Shown: piece after piece, positions 53,634 through 64,000 of the stretch
How the letters are laid out: every line of letters begins with the position of its first letter
Numbering within the stretch: position 1 is the first letter of the stretch
From: Myxococcota bacterium
GTDB taxonomy: Bacteria > Myxococcota_A > UBA9160 > UBA6930
Direction: 5' to 3'
Assembly: GCA_965223415.1 (NCBI GenBank)
Contig: OZ245002.1
Location: 4,512,001-4,576,000, forward strand
DNA: 64,000 nucleotides
Notes under the pieces: model-generated
What the model was told of the DNA's origin: nothing
Databases searched by the model: none
Seen by the model: the letters and a program-made list of their open reading frames with translations, nothing else
Program-made: the position numbers and the translations under genes

Positions 53634-55556
53634 GTGGCGCTGCGCGGCAAGGCCGTCGCGCTCGTGGGGACCGGCATTGCTGCCGCGCGGCGAGTGCTCC
53701 TCCTGGCGGCGGCGGCCGGCGGGGCGGTGCTTCTGCTCCTCCCGAAGCCCTGGGCGCTGCCCACGGGGCCGGGCTTCGCAGACCCGCCGGGACGTCCCTT
53801 CCCGGACATGGTGGCGATCGCGCTCTTCTGGGCGACCGCCCTGAACGCGCTGCTGTGCCTCGGTCTGGCGGCCACGGCCCGGCTCTGGCTCCGGCCGCTC
53901 ACCGCTCCCCTCGTGGCGCCGCCCCGCCGACCGCTGGGCCGCCGGGTGCTCCTCGGCCTGCTGCTGCTGGCGGCCCTGGCCGGGGCCTTGCGCTGGCCCC
54001 TGGCCGGGCGCTCGCTCTGGTGGGACGAGGGCTGGTCGATCGACCGGGTCGTCGTCGGCCACGCGGTGCCGCGAGCGGGCGAGCCGGATCGCGTCGACCA
54101 CCGGGCGCCGGGCTGGCCCCGCACGCTCTGGTACTACAGCAAGCCCACCAATCACGTTCCGTACAACCTGGCTGGCCGAGCCGCGATCGAGATGGAACGG
54201 GCAGTGAGCGGCCGAGAGAGCTGGACGTTCTCCGATCGCGCCTTTCGCGCGCCGGCGCTGCTCGCCTCGATGCTGGCGGTCGTGCTGCTCGGGCTGCTCG
54301 TGTGGCGGCTCGGCTTTCCGGGGGCGGCGCTGGCCGCGGCGGCGCTGCTCGCGATCCATCCCTGGCACATCCGCCACGGGGCCGAAGGGCGGGCCTACAC
54401 CTTCAGCGTGGTCGCGGCCCTCGCCGCGAGCGCGCTCCTGCTGGAGGCGCTGCGGGGCGGCCGCTTCCGGCGTTGGCTCGCTTACGGCGCCGGGCTGACC
54501 GTCCTTGTGTGGGTACAGCCCGCCCACGCGTACCTGGCCGTGGCGCTCGGCATCGCGGCGGTGGCCGCGATCCTGACCCGCGACATCCCGTGGCGCGACC
54601 GCGGGGCCCTCCTGCTGCGCTTCGCCGTGGCCTGCGGACTGGCGGCGATGGCCTTCCTCGAGCTCTCGGCGCCCCTGGTCTCCCAGGCCCTGGGCTGGAC
54701 CGACGTGGTGCAGACCGGGGAGACCGTGAACCGCGGCGTGGTCCGCCGCTTCTGGATCTGGACGGCGCTCGGCGTCCCCGCCCGGAGCCAGGCAGAGAGC
54801 GTCGCCCACGATCCCTTTCCCTCCCTTGGCTCCTGGCTGGAGGAGGATCCGTGGCTGGCCGGTGTCGTGTTCGGCGCGCTTCCGCTGCTCGCCTTTTTCG
54901 GGCTCGCTCGCGTGACGTTCCGCGGTGGGATCGCCCGTTGGCCCGTGCTGGGCCTGGCGGCGGCACCGGGCCTGCTGCTGCTCGTCTCGTGGACGAACCG
55001 GATGTACTTCTACCCGCGCTTCGCGATCTACGCGGTGGCGGCCTACGCGGCGCTCGCCGCCATCGGGGCAGAGGGTGCGCTCTCGGCGCTTGTGGCCCGG
55101 GCGCCGGCCCGGGCGAGGCGACTCGTCGTGCCGGCCGGCCTCGCGCTGCTCCTGCTGGCCTTCCAGGCCCTGGTCTGGCCCCAGACCCGGGTGCTGCTCA
55201 CGCGCCCCTACTCGCCCATGCGGGAGCTGGCCGAGACCCTCCGCTCCGCCGGCGGCCTGCGCGCCGGTTTCGGCCTGGGAGGGGAGATGCCGCGGATCTA
55301 CGACCCCTGGATCCGCCACGTCGAGAGCGCCCGGGAGATCGCCGCTCTCGAGGGCGAAGCCCGTGCCGAGGGGCGGCCGCTCCACGTCTTCTACGGCTAC
55401 CCGGGCCAGAACCGGGCGAAACGGCCGGAGGGCATCGCGCGGCTGCTCGACCCGGAACGCTACGAAGAGGTGAATCGCTTCCAGGGCATCGAGCCCCAGT
55501 TCACCTACCGCGTGTTCCGCCTCCGCGCCGACGAAGGGGCTTCATCGACCCCCTAG
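53634..55556 (+). CDS. Polytopic membrane protein, GT-C (PMT/ArnT-like) glycosyltransferase
   Basis: SLWWDE motif after a TM, EGRAY, many TMs, YPRF. Confidence 0.7.
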   Translation: MALRGKAVALVGTGIAAARRVLLLAAAAGGAVLLLLPKPWALPTGPGFADPPGRPFPDMVAIALFWATALNALLCLGLAATARLWLRPLTAPLVAPPRRPLGRRVLLGLLLLAALAGALRWPLAGRSLWWDEGWSIDRVVVGHAVPRAGEPDRVDHRAPGWPRTLWYYSKPTNHVPYNLAGRAAIEMERAVSGRESWTFSDRAFRAPALLASMLAVVLLGLLVWRLGFPGAALAAAALLAIHPWHIRHGAEGRAYTFSVVAALAASALLLEALRGGRFRRWLAYGAGLTVLVWVQPAHAYLAVALGIAAVAAILTRDIPWRDRGALLLRFAVACGLAAMAFLELSAPLVSQALGWTDVVQTGETVNRGVVRRFWIWTALGVPARSQAESVAHDPFPSLGSWLEEDPWLAGVVFGALPLLAFFGLARVTFRGGIARWPVLGLAAAPGLLLLVSWTNRMYFYPRFAIYAVAAYAALAAIGAEGALSALVARAPARARRLVVPAGLALLLLAFQALVWPQTRVLLTRPYSPMRELAETLRSAGGLRAGFGLGGEMPRIYDPWIRHVESAREIAALEGEARAEGRPLHVFYGYPGQNRAKRPEGIARLLDPERYEEVNRFQGIEPQFTYRVFRLRADEGASSTP

Positions 55557-55584
55557 GAGGGGTTGCCTATCCTGCCGCGCCAAC

Positions 55585-57480
55585 ATGTGCGGGATCTTCG
55601 GCTTTGCCGGCTTCGATGACGGCGACCTGCTGCAGCGCATGGGGCAGGTCATCGTCCACCGCGGGCCCGACGGCGAGGGCTATCACACCGAGCCCGGCTT
55701 CTCGATGGGCATGCGCCGGCTCTCGATCATCGATCTGGAGGGCGGCGGCCAGCCCATCGCCAACGAGGACGGCTCGCTGGTCGTCTGCTTCAACGGCGAG
55801 ATCTACAACTACCGCGAGCTGCGCGACGAGCTCGTGAAGCTGGGCCACGAGTTCAAGACGAAGAGCGACACGGAGGTGCTGGTCCACGCCTACGAGCAGT
55901 GGGGTGCCGACGCCCTCGATCACCTGAACGGGATGTTCGCCTTCGCCCTCTGGAACACCCGCCGCCGGGAGCTCTTCGTCGCCCGCGACCGGGCCGGGCA
56001 GAAGCCCCTCTACTACGCGGAGCGCGGCGGGCGGCTGCTCTTCGCCTCCGAGATCAAGTCGCTGCTCGAGTGCGAGGACGTGCCGCGGGCGCTGAACCGC
56101 CGTGCGGTCGATCCCTACCTGACGCTCCGCTACGTGCCCCAGCCCGAGACGCTCTTCGAGGGCATCCGCGTGCTGCCCGCCGCCCACTTTCTGCGCTGGC
56201 GCGAGGGCGAGCTCACGATCCGGCGTTACTGGGACGTGGCGACGCCCGGCGGCCCCTACCGATCCGAAGCCGAGGATCAGGAGGAGCTCGAGGCGCTGTT
56301 CGAGGACGCCGTCCGCCTGACCATGCGCAGCGACGTGCCCTTCGGCGCCTACCTCAGCGCCGGGATCGACTCGAGCCTGGTGGTGGCGGCGATGGCGCGG
56401 CACACGGAGCGGGTGAAGACCTTCTCGATCGGCTTCGACTCCCCCATCGACGAGACCGCCGATGCGCGGCGCCTGGCCGGGCACCTGGGCTGCGATCACC
56501 ACGAGATCCACGCCAAGCCCGAGGACTTCTCGCGCCTTCCCCGGGCCGTCTGGCACCTGGAGCGCCCGATCGGCGACGTCCTGATCCTCGCCTACTACCT
56601 GCTGGCCGAGGCGACGGGCCGCGAGGTGAAGGTGGTGCTCTCGGGAGAGGGCGCCGACGAGAGCTTCGCGGGCTACGCGTTCCACAAGGTCATCCGCTGG
56701 ACCGAGTGGGCCCACAAGGTCGTGCCCGGCTACCTCACCCGGAAGGTCGTGGCCCCGGCGGTGGCGAACGCGCCGGTCGACCTGCTCGACAAGCTCTTCG
56801 TCTACCCCGCGCACCTGGGCCGGACCGGGCGCAGGAAGACCGCGGACTACCTGAGCCACTACCGGGAGCGCAGCCTCAACCAGAGCTACATCGCCCTCCG
56901 CGCCCTCTTCGATCTGGAGGAGCGGCGTGGCCTCTACAGCGAGGATTTCCGCGGCGCGGCCAGCGAGGCGTGGGTGCGCGACGATCCCGAGGGCGGCCCG
57001 TTCCTCGACCGGTTGCTGAAGCTCCAGTTCGACGACTGGCTCCAGGACAACCTGCTCCTTCGTCAGGACAAGAACACCATGGCCCATTCGCTGGAGCTCC
57101 GCTGTCCCTTCCTCGACCACCGCATCATCGAGCTGGCCTTCCGTATGCCGGCGCGCATGAAGCTGCGCGGGCTCGTGGACAAGTACGCCGAGCGACAGAT
57201 CGGCCGGAAGCTCCTGCCCGGCGAGAACGTCGGGCGCAGCAAGAACCCCTTCTACTTCCCGCTCGAGTACTTCCACGAGAGCCAGGCCATCCAGGAGCTG
57301 ATCCGCATGTGCCTGGACCCGGAGCGGGTGAAGCGGCGGGGGCTGTTCGATCCGGCGGCCGTGACGCGGCTGGTGGGGCGGATGCAGACGGGTGAGTTCC
57401 TCTACCTGAAGCAGGTGATGAGCCTCGTCATCCTGGAGCTGTGGCAGACGATCTTCCTCGACCGCGAAGCGATGTGGTGA
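55585..57480 (+). CDS. asnB: Asparagine synthase (glutamine-hydrolysing)-like amidotransferase
   Basis: MCGIFG, HRGPD, RRLSIID, NGEIYN, SDTEV, LSAGIDSS, SGEGADE, RCPFLD. Confidence 0.93.
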   Translation: MCGIFGFAGFDDGDLLQRMGQVIVHRGPDGEGYHTEPGFSMGMRRLSIIDLEGGGQPIANEDGSLVVCFNGEIYNYRELRDELVKLGHEFKTKSDTEVLVHAYEQWGADALDHLNGMFAFALWNTRRRELFVARDRAGQKPLYYAERGGRLLFASEIKSLLECEDVPRALNRRAVDPYLTLRYVPQPETLFEGIRVLPAAHFLRWREGELTIRRYWDVATPGGPYRSEAEDQEELEALFEDAVRLTMRSDVPFGAYLSAGIDSSLVVAAMARHTERVKTFSIGFDSPIDETADARRLAGHLGCDHHEIHAKPEDFSRLPRAVWHLERPIGDVLILAYYLLAEATGREVKVVLSGEGADESFAGYAFHKVIRWTEWAHKVVPGYLTRKVVAPAVANAPVDLLDKLFVYPAHLGRTGRRKTADYLSHYRERSLNQSYIALRALFDLEERRGLYSEDFRGAASEAWVRDDPEGGPFLDRLLKLQFDDWLQDNLLLRQDKNTMAHSLELRCPFLDHRIIELAFRMPARMKLRGLVDKYAERQIGRKLLPGENVGRSKNPFYFPLEYFHESQAIQELIRMCLDPERVKRRGLFDPAAVTRLVGRMQTGEFLYLKQVMSLVILELWQTIFLDREAMW

Positions 57481-57505
57481 GGCACGAGAGGGAAGGGGGG
57501 ACCCG

Positions 57506-58390
57506 ATGATCCTGATTACCGGAGGCGCCGGCGTCGTGGGACGCCGGCTGTGCAAGGGCCTGCTCGAACGGGGCTTCGAGATCCGCGTGCTCGACCGGCC
57601 CGGCACGAGCCTGCCCGGCCTCGACGTGGAGGTGGTGCACGGCGACATCACCGATCCGACCAGCATGAAGGGGCTCTTCGAGGGCGTCGAGACCGTCTAC
57701 CACCTGGCGGCGGTGATCCTCCCGCCCGACGACGGCTGGTTCCAGCGAGTCAACGTGCAGGGCACGCGCAACGTGATCGACGCGGCCACCGAGGCCGGGG
57801 TGAAGCACTTCGTGCTGATCTCGTCGGCGTCGGTCGTCTACCCGCACACCACCGCCTACTCGCTCTCGAAGCGGCAGACCGAGGCGATGATCTCCTCCCA
57901 GACGGCCATGGCGTACACGATCATCCGGCCGACGCTCGTGTACGACGAGAACGGGGGCGAGGAGTTCATGCGCTACCTGAACGACCTGAAGCGCTTCCCG
58001 ATCGTTCCGATCATCGGGGACGGCTCGGCCCTGAAGAGCCCGGTCCACACCGACGACATCATGGACGGGCTGATCGCGATCGCCGGCAACGAGAAGACCT
58101 ACGGTCAGACCTACGCCTTCAGCGGAGGCGAGGACATCAGCATGTGGGACCTCTCGAAGCTGATGCTCGCCCACCAGGGCGCGAGCCGGCCCTTCGTGAG
58201 GATTCCCGTGTGGGCCGCCCAGGCCGCGGCCTGGGTGCTGGGCAAGCTGATGGCGAAGCCCCCGATCAGCTGGCAGATGATCGCCGGCGTCATCCAGGAC
58301 GCGAACCTGGACCACTCGAACGCGACCGCGGATTTCGGCTACTCGCCGAAGGGCGTGCACGAGGGCTTCCAGATCTGCTGGCCCCGCTGA
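57506..58390 (+). CDS. NAD-dependent epimerase/dehydratase
   Basis: ITGGAGVVG, HLAA, YSLSK, IRPTLVY. Confidence 0.9.
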   Translation: MILITGGAGVVGRRLCKGLLERGFEIRVLDRPGTSLPGLDVEVVHGDITDPTSMKGLFEGVETVYHLAAVILPPDDGWFQRVNVQGTRNVIDAATEAGVKHFVLISSASVVYPHTTAYSLSKRQTEAMISSQTAMAYTIIRPTLVYDENGGEEFMRYLNDLKRFPIVPIIGDGSALKSPVHTDDIMDGLIAIAGNEKTYGQTYAFSGGEDISMWDLSKLMLAHQGASRPFVRIPVWAAQAAAWVLGKLMAKPPISWQMIAGVIQDANLDHSNATADFGYSPKGVHEGFQICWPR

Positions 58391-58396
58391 GGGACG

Positions 58397-60088
58397 GTGT
58401 CCTCCCGCGAACCCGGGCCCGAGCCGTTCGAGCGGCACCTCCTCGTCCTGCTGTGCGCAGCCGTGCTCGGCTATTGGGCGTTCCAGTTCCAGCCCTTCGT
58501 CCTGCCGAACAACGACTACCACTCCTTCGAGCGCACGGCTCGGAGCTTCGCGTTCTTCGAGCTGCCGACGAGCTTCAAGCGCATGCCGATCCTGCCGGCG
58601 CTGATGGCGGTGGCCGCACCGGCGATTCCCGGGCCCCATCCCTACCTCCACGCGGCGCTCGGGTGGAACCAGGTCTTCTCCATCGCCACCCTGGTGGGCC
58701 TGTTCCTGATCGGCCGTCGCACCCTCGGGCGCGGTGCGCTGTTGCCACCGCTCCTGTTCGCGACCACGACCCAGTTCCACGCCAACGGGCTCCAGCCGTT
58801 GGTCGAGCCGAGCCTCGGGTGCTTCGTCGTCTGGGCGTTCGTGATGCAGGGAAGAGGGCACTCCCTGCAGTACGTCTTCGCCGCAGCGGCGGCCCTGTCC
58901 AGGTACGAGGCGGCGATGCTGATCCCGGTGCTCTTCCTCGCCGAGTGGTCCGCGGGCCGTCGGTTCGGGCCGCCCTTCGCGAAGGCCGCCCTGGCCACCC
59001 TGCCGCTCCTGGTGTGGACCGCCCTCGGGGCGATGGGCGGCTCCGGCGGGGCCAGCTACTACGACCTCATGGAGGGGATGGGCTTCCAGCCGGCGCCGGG
59101 CTTCTTCCTGCGCTCCCTGAAGGAGCCCTTCGCCGGCTGGTACACCAGCCAGTGGATCTGGCTCGTGCCCTTCGCGGGCGTCGTGCTCCTGCCGTTCGGA
59201 GTGGGGATCGCGGCAGGCGTGCGCGAGCAGCGCCGCCTCGCGCTCTCGATGCTGGGCTTCGGCCTCGTGTGCGTGACGGTGATCGTCGTGTTCGGCATCA
59301 ACAAGGCCCGCTACGTCTACCCGACCGAGTGGATCTGGCTGCTCTTCTGGGCGTGGGGCGCGCTGCGCCTCGCGGCCCGGGTGGCCGGGTGGGCGGGGGG
59401 TGCCGGCGCGCGGGTCGGGTGGGCGCTCGCGGCCGCCGGCTTCGTCCTGTCGGGGCTGGCCCTGGCCTTCTGGATCGGAAAGATGAGCGACGAGCCCCAG
59501 ACCGCGTCCCTCGGCCTGGAGCTCGGGTTCCTGGCGGCGGGTCTCGGCCTGGCCGGCCTCGGCGTGTTCCGTGGCCTCGCGAATGTCGGCCCGGCGTCGT
59601 GGCGCGCGGCGGCAGCGGCCGGCCTCCTGCTGGCCGCGGTTCCGCTGGTGGCCGGCGGGCTGGTGGGCAAGCAGCGCGCATTGCACAAGATCTACTACGC
59701 CAACTGGTCCGCCTATCTGCTGGCGGGCTGGCTCGGAGAGCACCTGGGTCCGGACGAGCGGGCGGTGCTGCTGCCCCGCAGTCACGTGGCCCACCTCACC
59801 GCCCTCCGTCCCCGGCAGCTCGTCGCCTACGCCAAGCTCGAGTCCGAGGGCCTGGAGGGCCTGCGCGGCGAGCTCGTCGAGCGGGGCATCACGGTGGTGG
59901 CCTTCACGGATCGCGGCCCGCTGCGCAATCCCTCCCATCACTACTACTACCGGGAGAAGAAGACCTACCTGGCCGAGCTGTTCGAGAGCGCCGGGCCCGT
60001 ACCGGGCTTCGAGCACGTGGCCACGCTGCGGCTCCCGGAGCACCTCGACGAGAAGCCCGTGCAGATCTTCCGCGTGTCGGATGGATGA
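58397..60088 (+). CDS. Polytopic membrane protein, possible GT-C glycosyltransferase
   Basis: PNNDY after the first TM, LSRYE, ARY, more than 10 TMs, soluble C-terminal domain. Confidence 0.6.
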   Translation: MSSREPGPEPFERHLLVLLCAAVLGYWAFQFQPFVLPNNDYHSFERTARSFAFFELPTSFKRMPILPALMAVAAPAIPGPHPYLHAALGWNQVFSIATLVGLFLIGRRTLGRGALLPPLLFATTTQFHANGLQPLVEPSLGCFVVWAFVMQGRGHSLQYVFAAAAALSRYEAAMLIPVLFLAEWSAGRRFGPPFAKAALATLPLLVWTALGAMGGSGGASYYDLMEGMGFQPAPGFFLRSLKEPFAGWYTSQWIWLVPFAGVVLLPFGVGIAAGVREQRRLALSMLGFGLVCVTVIVVFGINKARYVYPTEWIWLLFWAWGALRLAARVAGWAGGAGARVGWALAAAGFVLSGLALAFWIGKMSDEPQTASLGLELGFLAAGLGLAGLGVFRGLANVGPASWRAAAAAGLLLAAVPLVAGGLVGKQRALHKIYYANWSAYLLAGWLGEHLGPDERAVLLPRSHVAHLTALRPRQLVAYAKLESEGLEGLRGELVERGITVVAFTDRGPLRNPSHHYYYREKKTYLAELFESAGPVPGFEHVATLRLPEHLDEKPVQIFRVSDG

Positions 60089-60146
60089 AGAGGGACCCGG
60101 GGGGATGGTTGCGGGGGGCGGCGGCGATCGCGATCGTCCGGAGGCG

Positions 60147-61139
60147 ATGACGGAGGAGACTCTCGCCTACCGGGACAATCCGCGCTTTTGGCCCTACGTC
60201 CAGATCGCCCGGATCGACCACTGGTTCAAGAACGTCTTCATGCTGCTCGGCGTGTTCGTGGCGTTCTTCGTCGACCACGGGCTGCTGCGCTGGGAGACGG
60301 TGCCGCTGCTGGCACTCGCGTTCCTCGCCACCTGCATCACCGCCAGCAGCAACTACGTCATCAACGAGACCCTCGACGCGGCTTTCGATCGCAAACACCC
60401 GACCAAGAAGCAGCGCCCGGCGGCCAATTGGGAGATCCGGCGCCGCTACGCCCTGGCCGAATGGCTCTTGCTGGGCGCCCTGGGCGTCGGCCTGGGCTGG
60501 CTCGTGAACGCGCCCTTCGCCTGGGCGCTGGTCGCCCTGTGGGTGATGGGCGTCCTCTACAACGTGCGGCCGGTGCGGACGAAGGAGGTGCCCTACCTCG
60601 ACGTCCTCTCGGAGTCGGTGAACAACCCGATCCGGCTCGTGCTGGGATGGTTCGCCCTGATCCCCGACCGCTTCCCGCCGGTCACGCTGATCCTCGCCTA
60701 CTGGATGGTGGGCGCCTTCTTCATGGCCATGAAGCGCTTCGCCGAGTACCGGGAGATCGGCGATCCCGGTGTCGCGGCGCGCTACCGCCAGTCCTTCGCC
60801 TACTACGACGAGCCGCGGCTCCTGATCAGCCTCTTCTTCTACGCCATCGCGAGCGCGCTCTTCTCGGGCGTGTTCATCGTCCGCTACCACCTCGAGCTGA
60901 TCCTGATCGTGCCGCTGCTGGCCGGCTTCTTCGCCTACTACATGCAGCTCGGCCTGAAGCCCGGCAGCCCGGTCCAGAACCCGGAGCGGCTCTACAAGGA
61001 GCGCGGCTTCGTCCTCTACATGGTCGCCACCGCCATCTTCGGCGCGCTCCTGATGCTCACCGAGATCCCGGTTCTCTACGACCTGTTCAACGTCGAGCTC
61101 GCCAAGACCCCGCCGCTCTGGACCCTCGGCGGCCCCTGA
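60147..61139 (+). CDS. UbiA-family prenyl/phosphoribosyltransferase (polyprenyl-phosphate phosphoribosyltransferase-like)
   Basis: ARIDHWFKNVF, NYVINETLDAAFDRKHPTKKQRP, KRFAE; GGAGG SD. Confidence 0.85.
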   Translation: MTEETLAYRDNPRFWPYVQIARIDHWFKNVFMLLGVFVAFFVDHGLLRWETVPLLALAFLATCITASSNYVINETLDAAFDRKHPTKKQRPAANWEIRRRYALAEWLLLGALGVGLGWLVNAPFAWALVALWVMGVLYNVRPVRTKEVPYLDVLSESVNNPIRLVLGWFALIPDRFPPVTLILAYWMVGAFFMAMKRFAEYREIGDPGVAARYRQSFAYYDEPRLLISLFFYAIASALFSGVFIVRYHLELILIVPLLAGFFAYYMQLGLKPGSPVQNPERLYKERGFVLYMVATAIFGALLMLTEIPVLYDLFNVELAKTPPLWTLGGP

Positions 61140-61152
61140 GGCGGGTCGGCGG

Positions 61153-63540
<2,388 letters not shown>

Positions 63541-63569
63541 GCTCGTCCTCCCACCCGCGGTGAACGCCA

Positions 63570-63597
63570 AACCTAGGCCCGTGGGGCGAGCGGTCAA
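63570..63597 (-). promoter_or_regulatory. Candidate promoter for lon paralog 2
   Basis: Minus strand TTGACC-N16-TAGGTT, 30 bp upstream of the TTG start. Confidence 0.4.
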
Positions 63598-63663
63598 ACC
63601 ACCCAACCCGTCGACATCGAAGGGGAAATTCGTCATCCTGGGCAGGCGCTGCGAGGACTCCCG

Positions 63664-64000
63664 ATGTCCGAGCCCAGTCTCCGAGACGCTCGTGCGGCCT
63701 ACTTCGCCGAGGAAGGCCTGGCCGACGACGGTGGCTACGGCGAGGAGTGGGTCCGGATCCGGGTCGGCCCGTTTCCCTTCCGCTATCGCAACAGCGAGGG
63801 GCGCAAGCGGCTAGCCCCCGCCCACGACGTCCACCACCTGGTTACCGGCTACGCCACGGACCTGCCGGGTGAGTGCGAGATCGCGGCCTGGGAGATCGGG
63901 AGCGGGCTGCGCGACGCGACCGGTCTGTGGCTCTCGTTCCGCGTGCTGGGCTTCATGGTGTTCGCCATGCCGGCGCGCGCCTACCGAGCCTTCGTGCGCG
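63664..64000 (+). CDS. Coq4-like HDxxH protein (truncated by window end)
   Basis: Manual translation MSEPSLRDARAAYF...AHDVHHLVTGYATDLPGECEIAAWEIGSG; the HDxxH..TGY..GE pattern is typical of Coq4-like proteins. Confidence 0.65.
   Translation, partial: MSEPSLRDARAAYFAEEGLADDGGYGEEWVRIRVGPFPFRYRNSEGRKRLAPAHDVHHLVTGYATDLPGECEIAAWEIGSGLRDATGLWLSFRVLGFMVFAMPARAYRAFVR

Overview
High-GC bacterial chromosomal segment. Gene content and gene order suggest a Myxococcota/deltaproteobacterium-like organism (inference). From left to right: truncated metH with an upstream ArsR-methyltransferase regulator (SahR-like); a minus-strand type II secretion operon gspC-D-E-F-G-H-I-J-K-L-M-N; dnaK-lon with downstream ompA/motB-like, glycerate kinase, ABC1 kinase, flavin reductase, DsbA and SDR genes; tRNA-Leu(GAG); gap-pgk-tpiA-secG; a degenerate Ntn-acylase; a catalytically dead DinB-like protein; PilZ; gpgS-like GT; kdsA; a priming phosphoglycosyltransferase; three acyl-CoA dehydrogenases; a wzm/wzt surface-glycan locus (GT4s, two GT-C-like membrane proteins, AsnB, epimerase, UbiA); a second lon; and a truncated Coq4-like gene. 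No integrase, transposase, cas gene or rRNA was seen. The most striking feature is a perfect 38-bp x16 tandem array between gspD and gspE. On the operon strand it reads as a chain of 17 13-codon mini-ORFs, each linked to the next by a GTGA stop/start overlap with its own SD, running from the gspD stop to the gspE start. Several other 31-33 bp duplications also sit on gene starts or stops. Also notable are a SPOR-domain-fused secretin, a REPIN-like 35-bp inverted repeat pair, and a tRNA-Leu inverted relative to secG.
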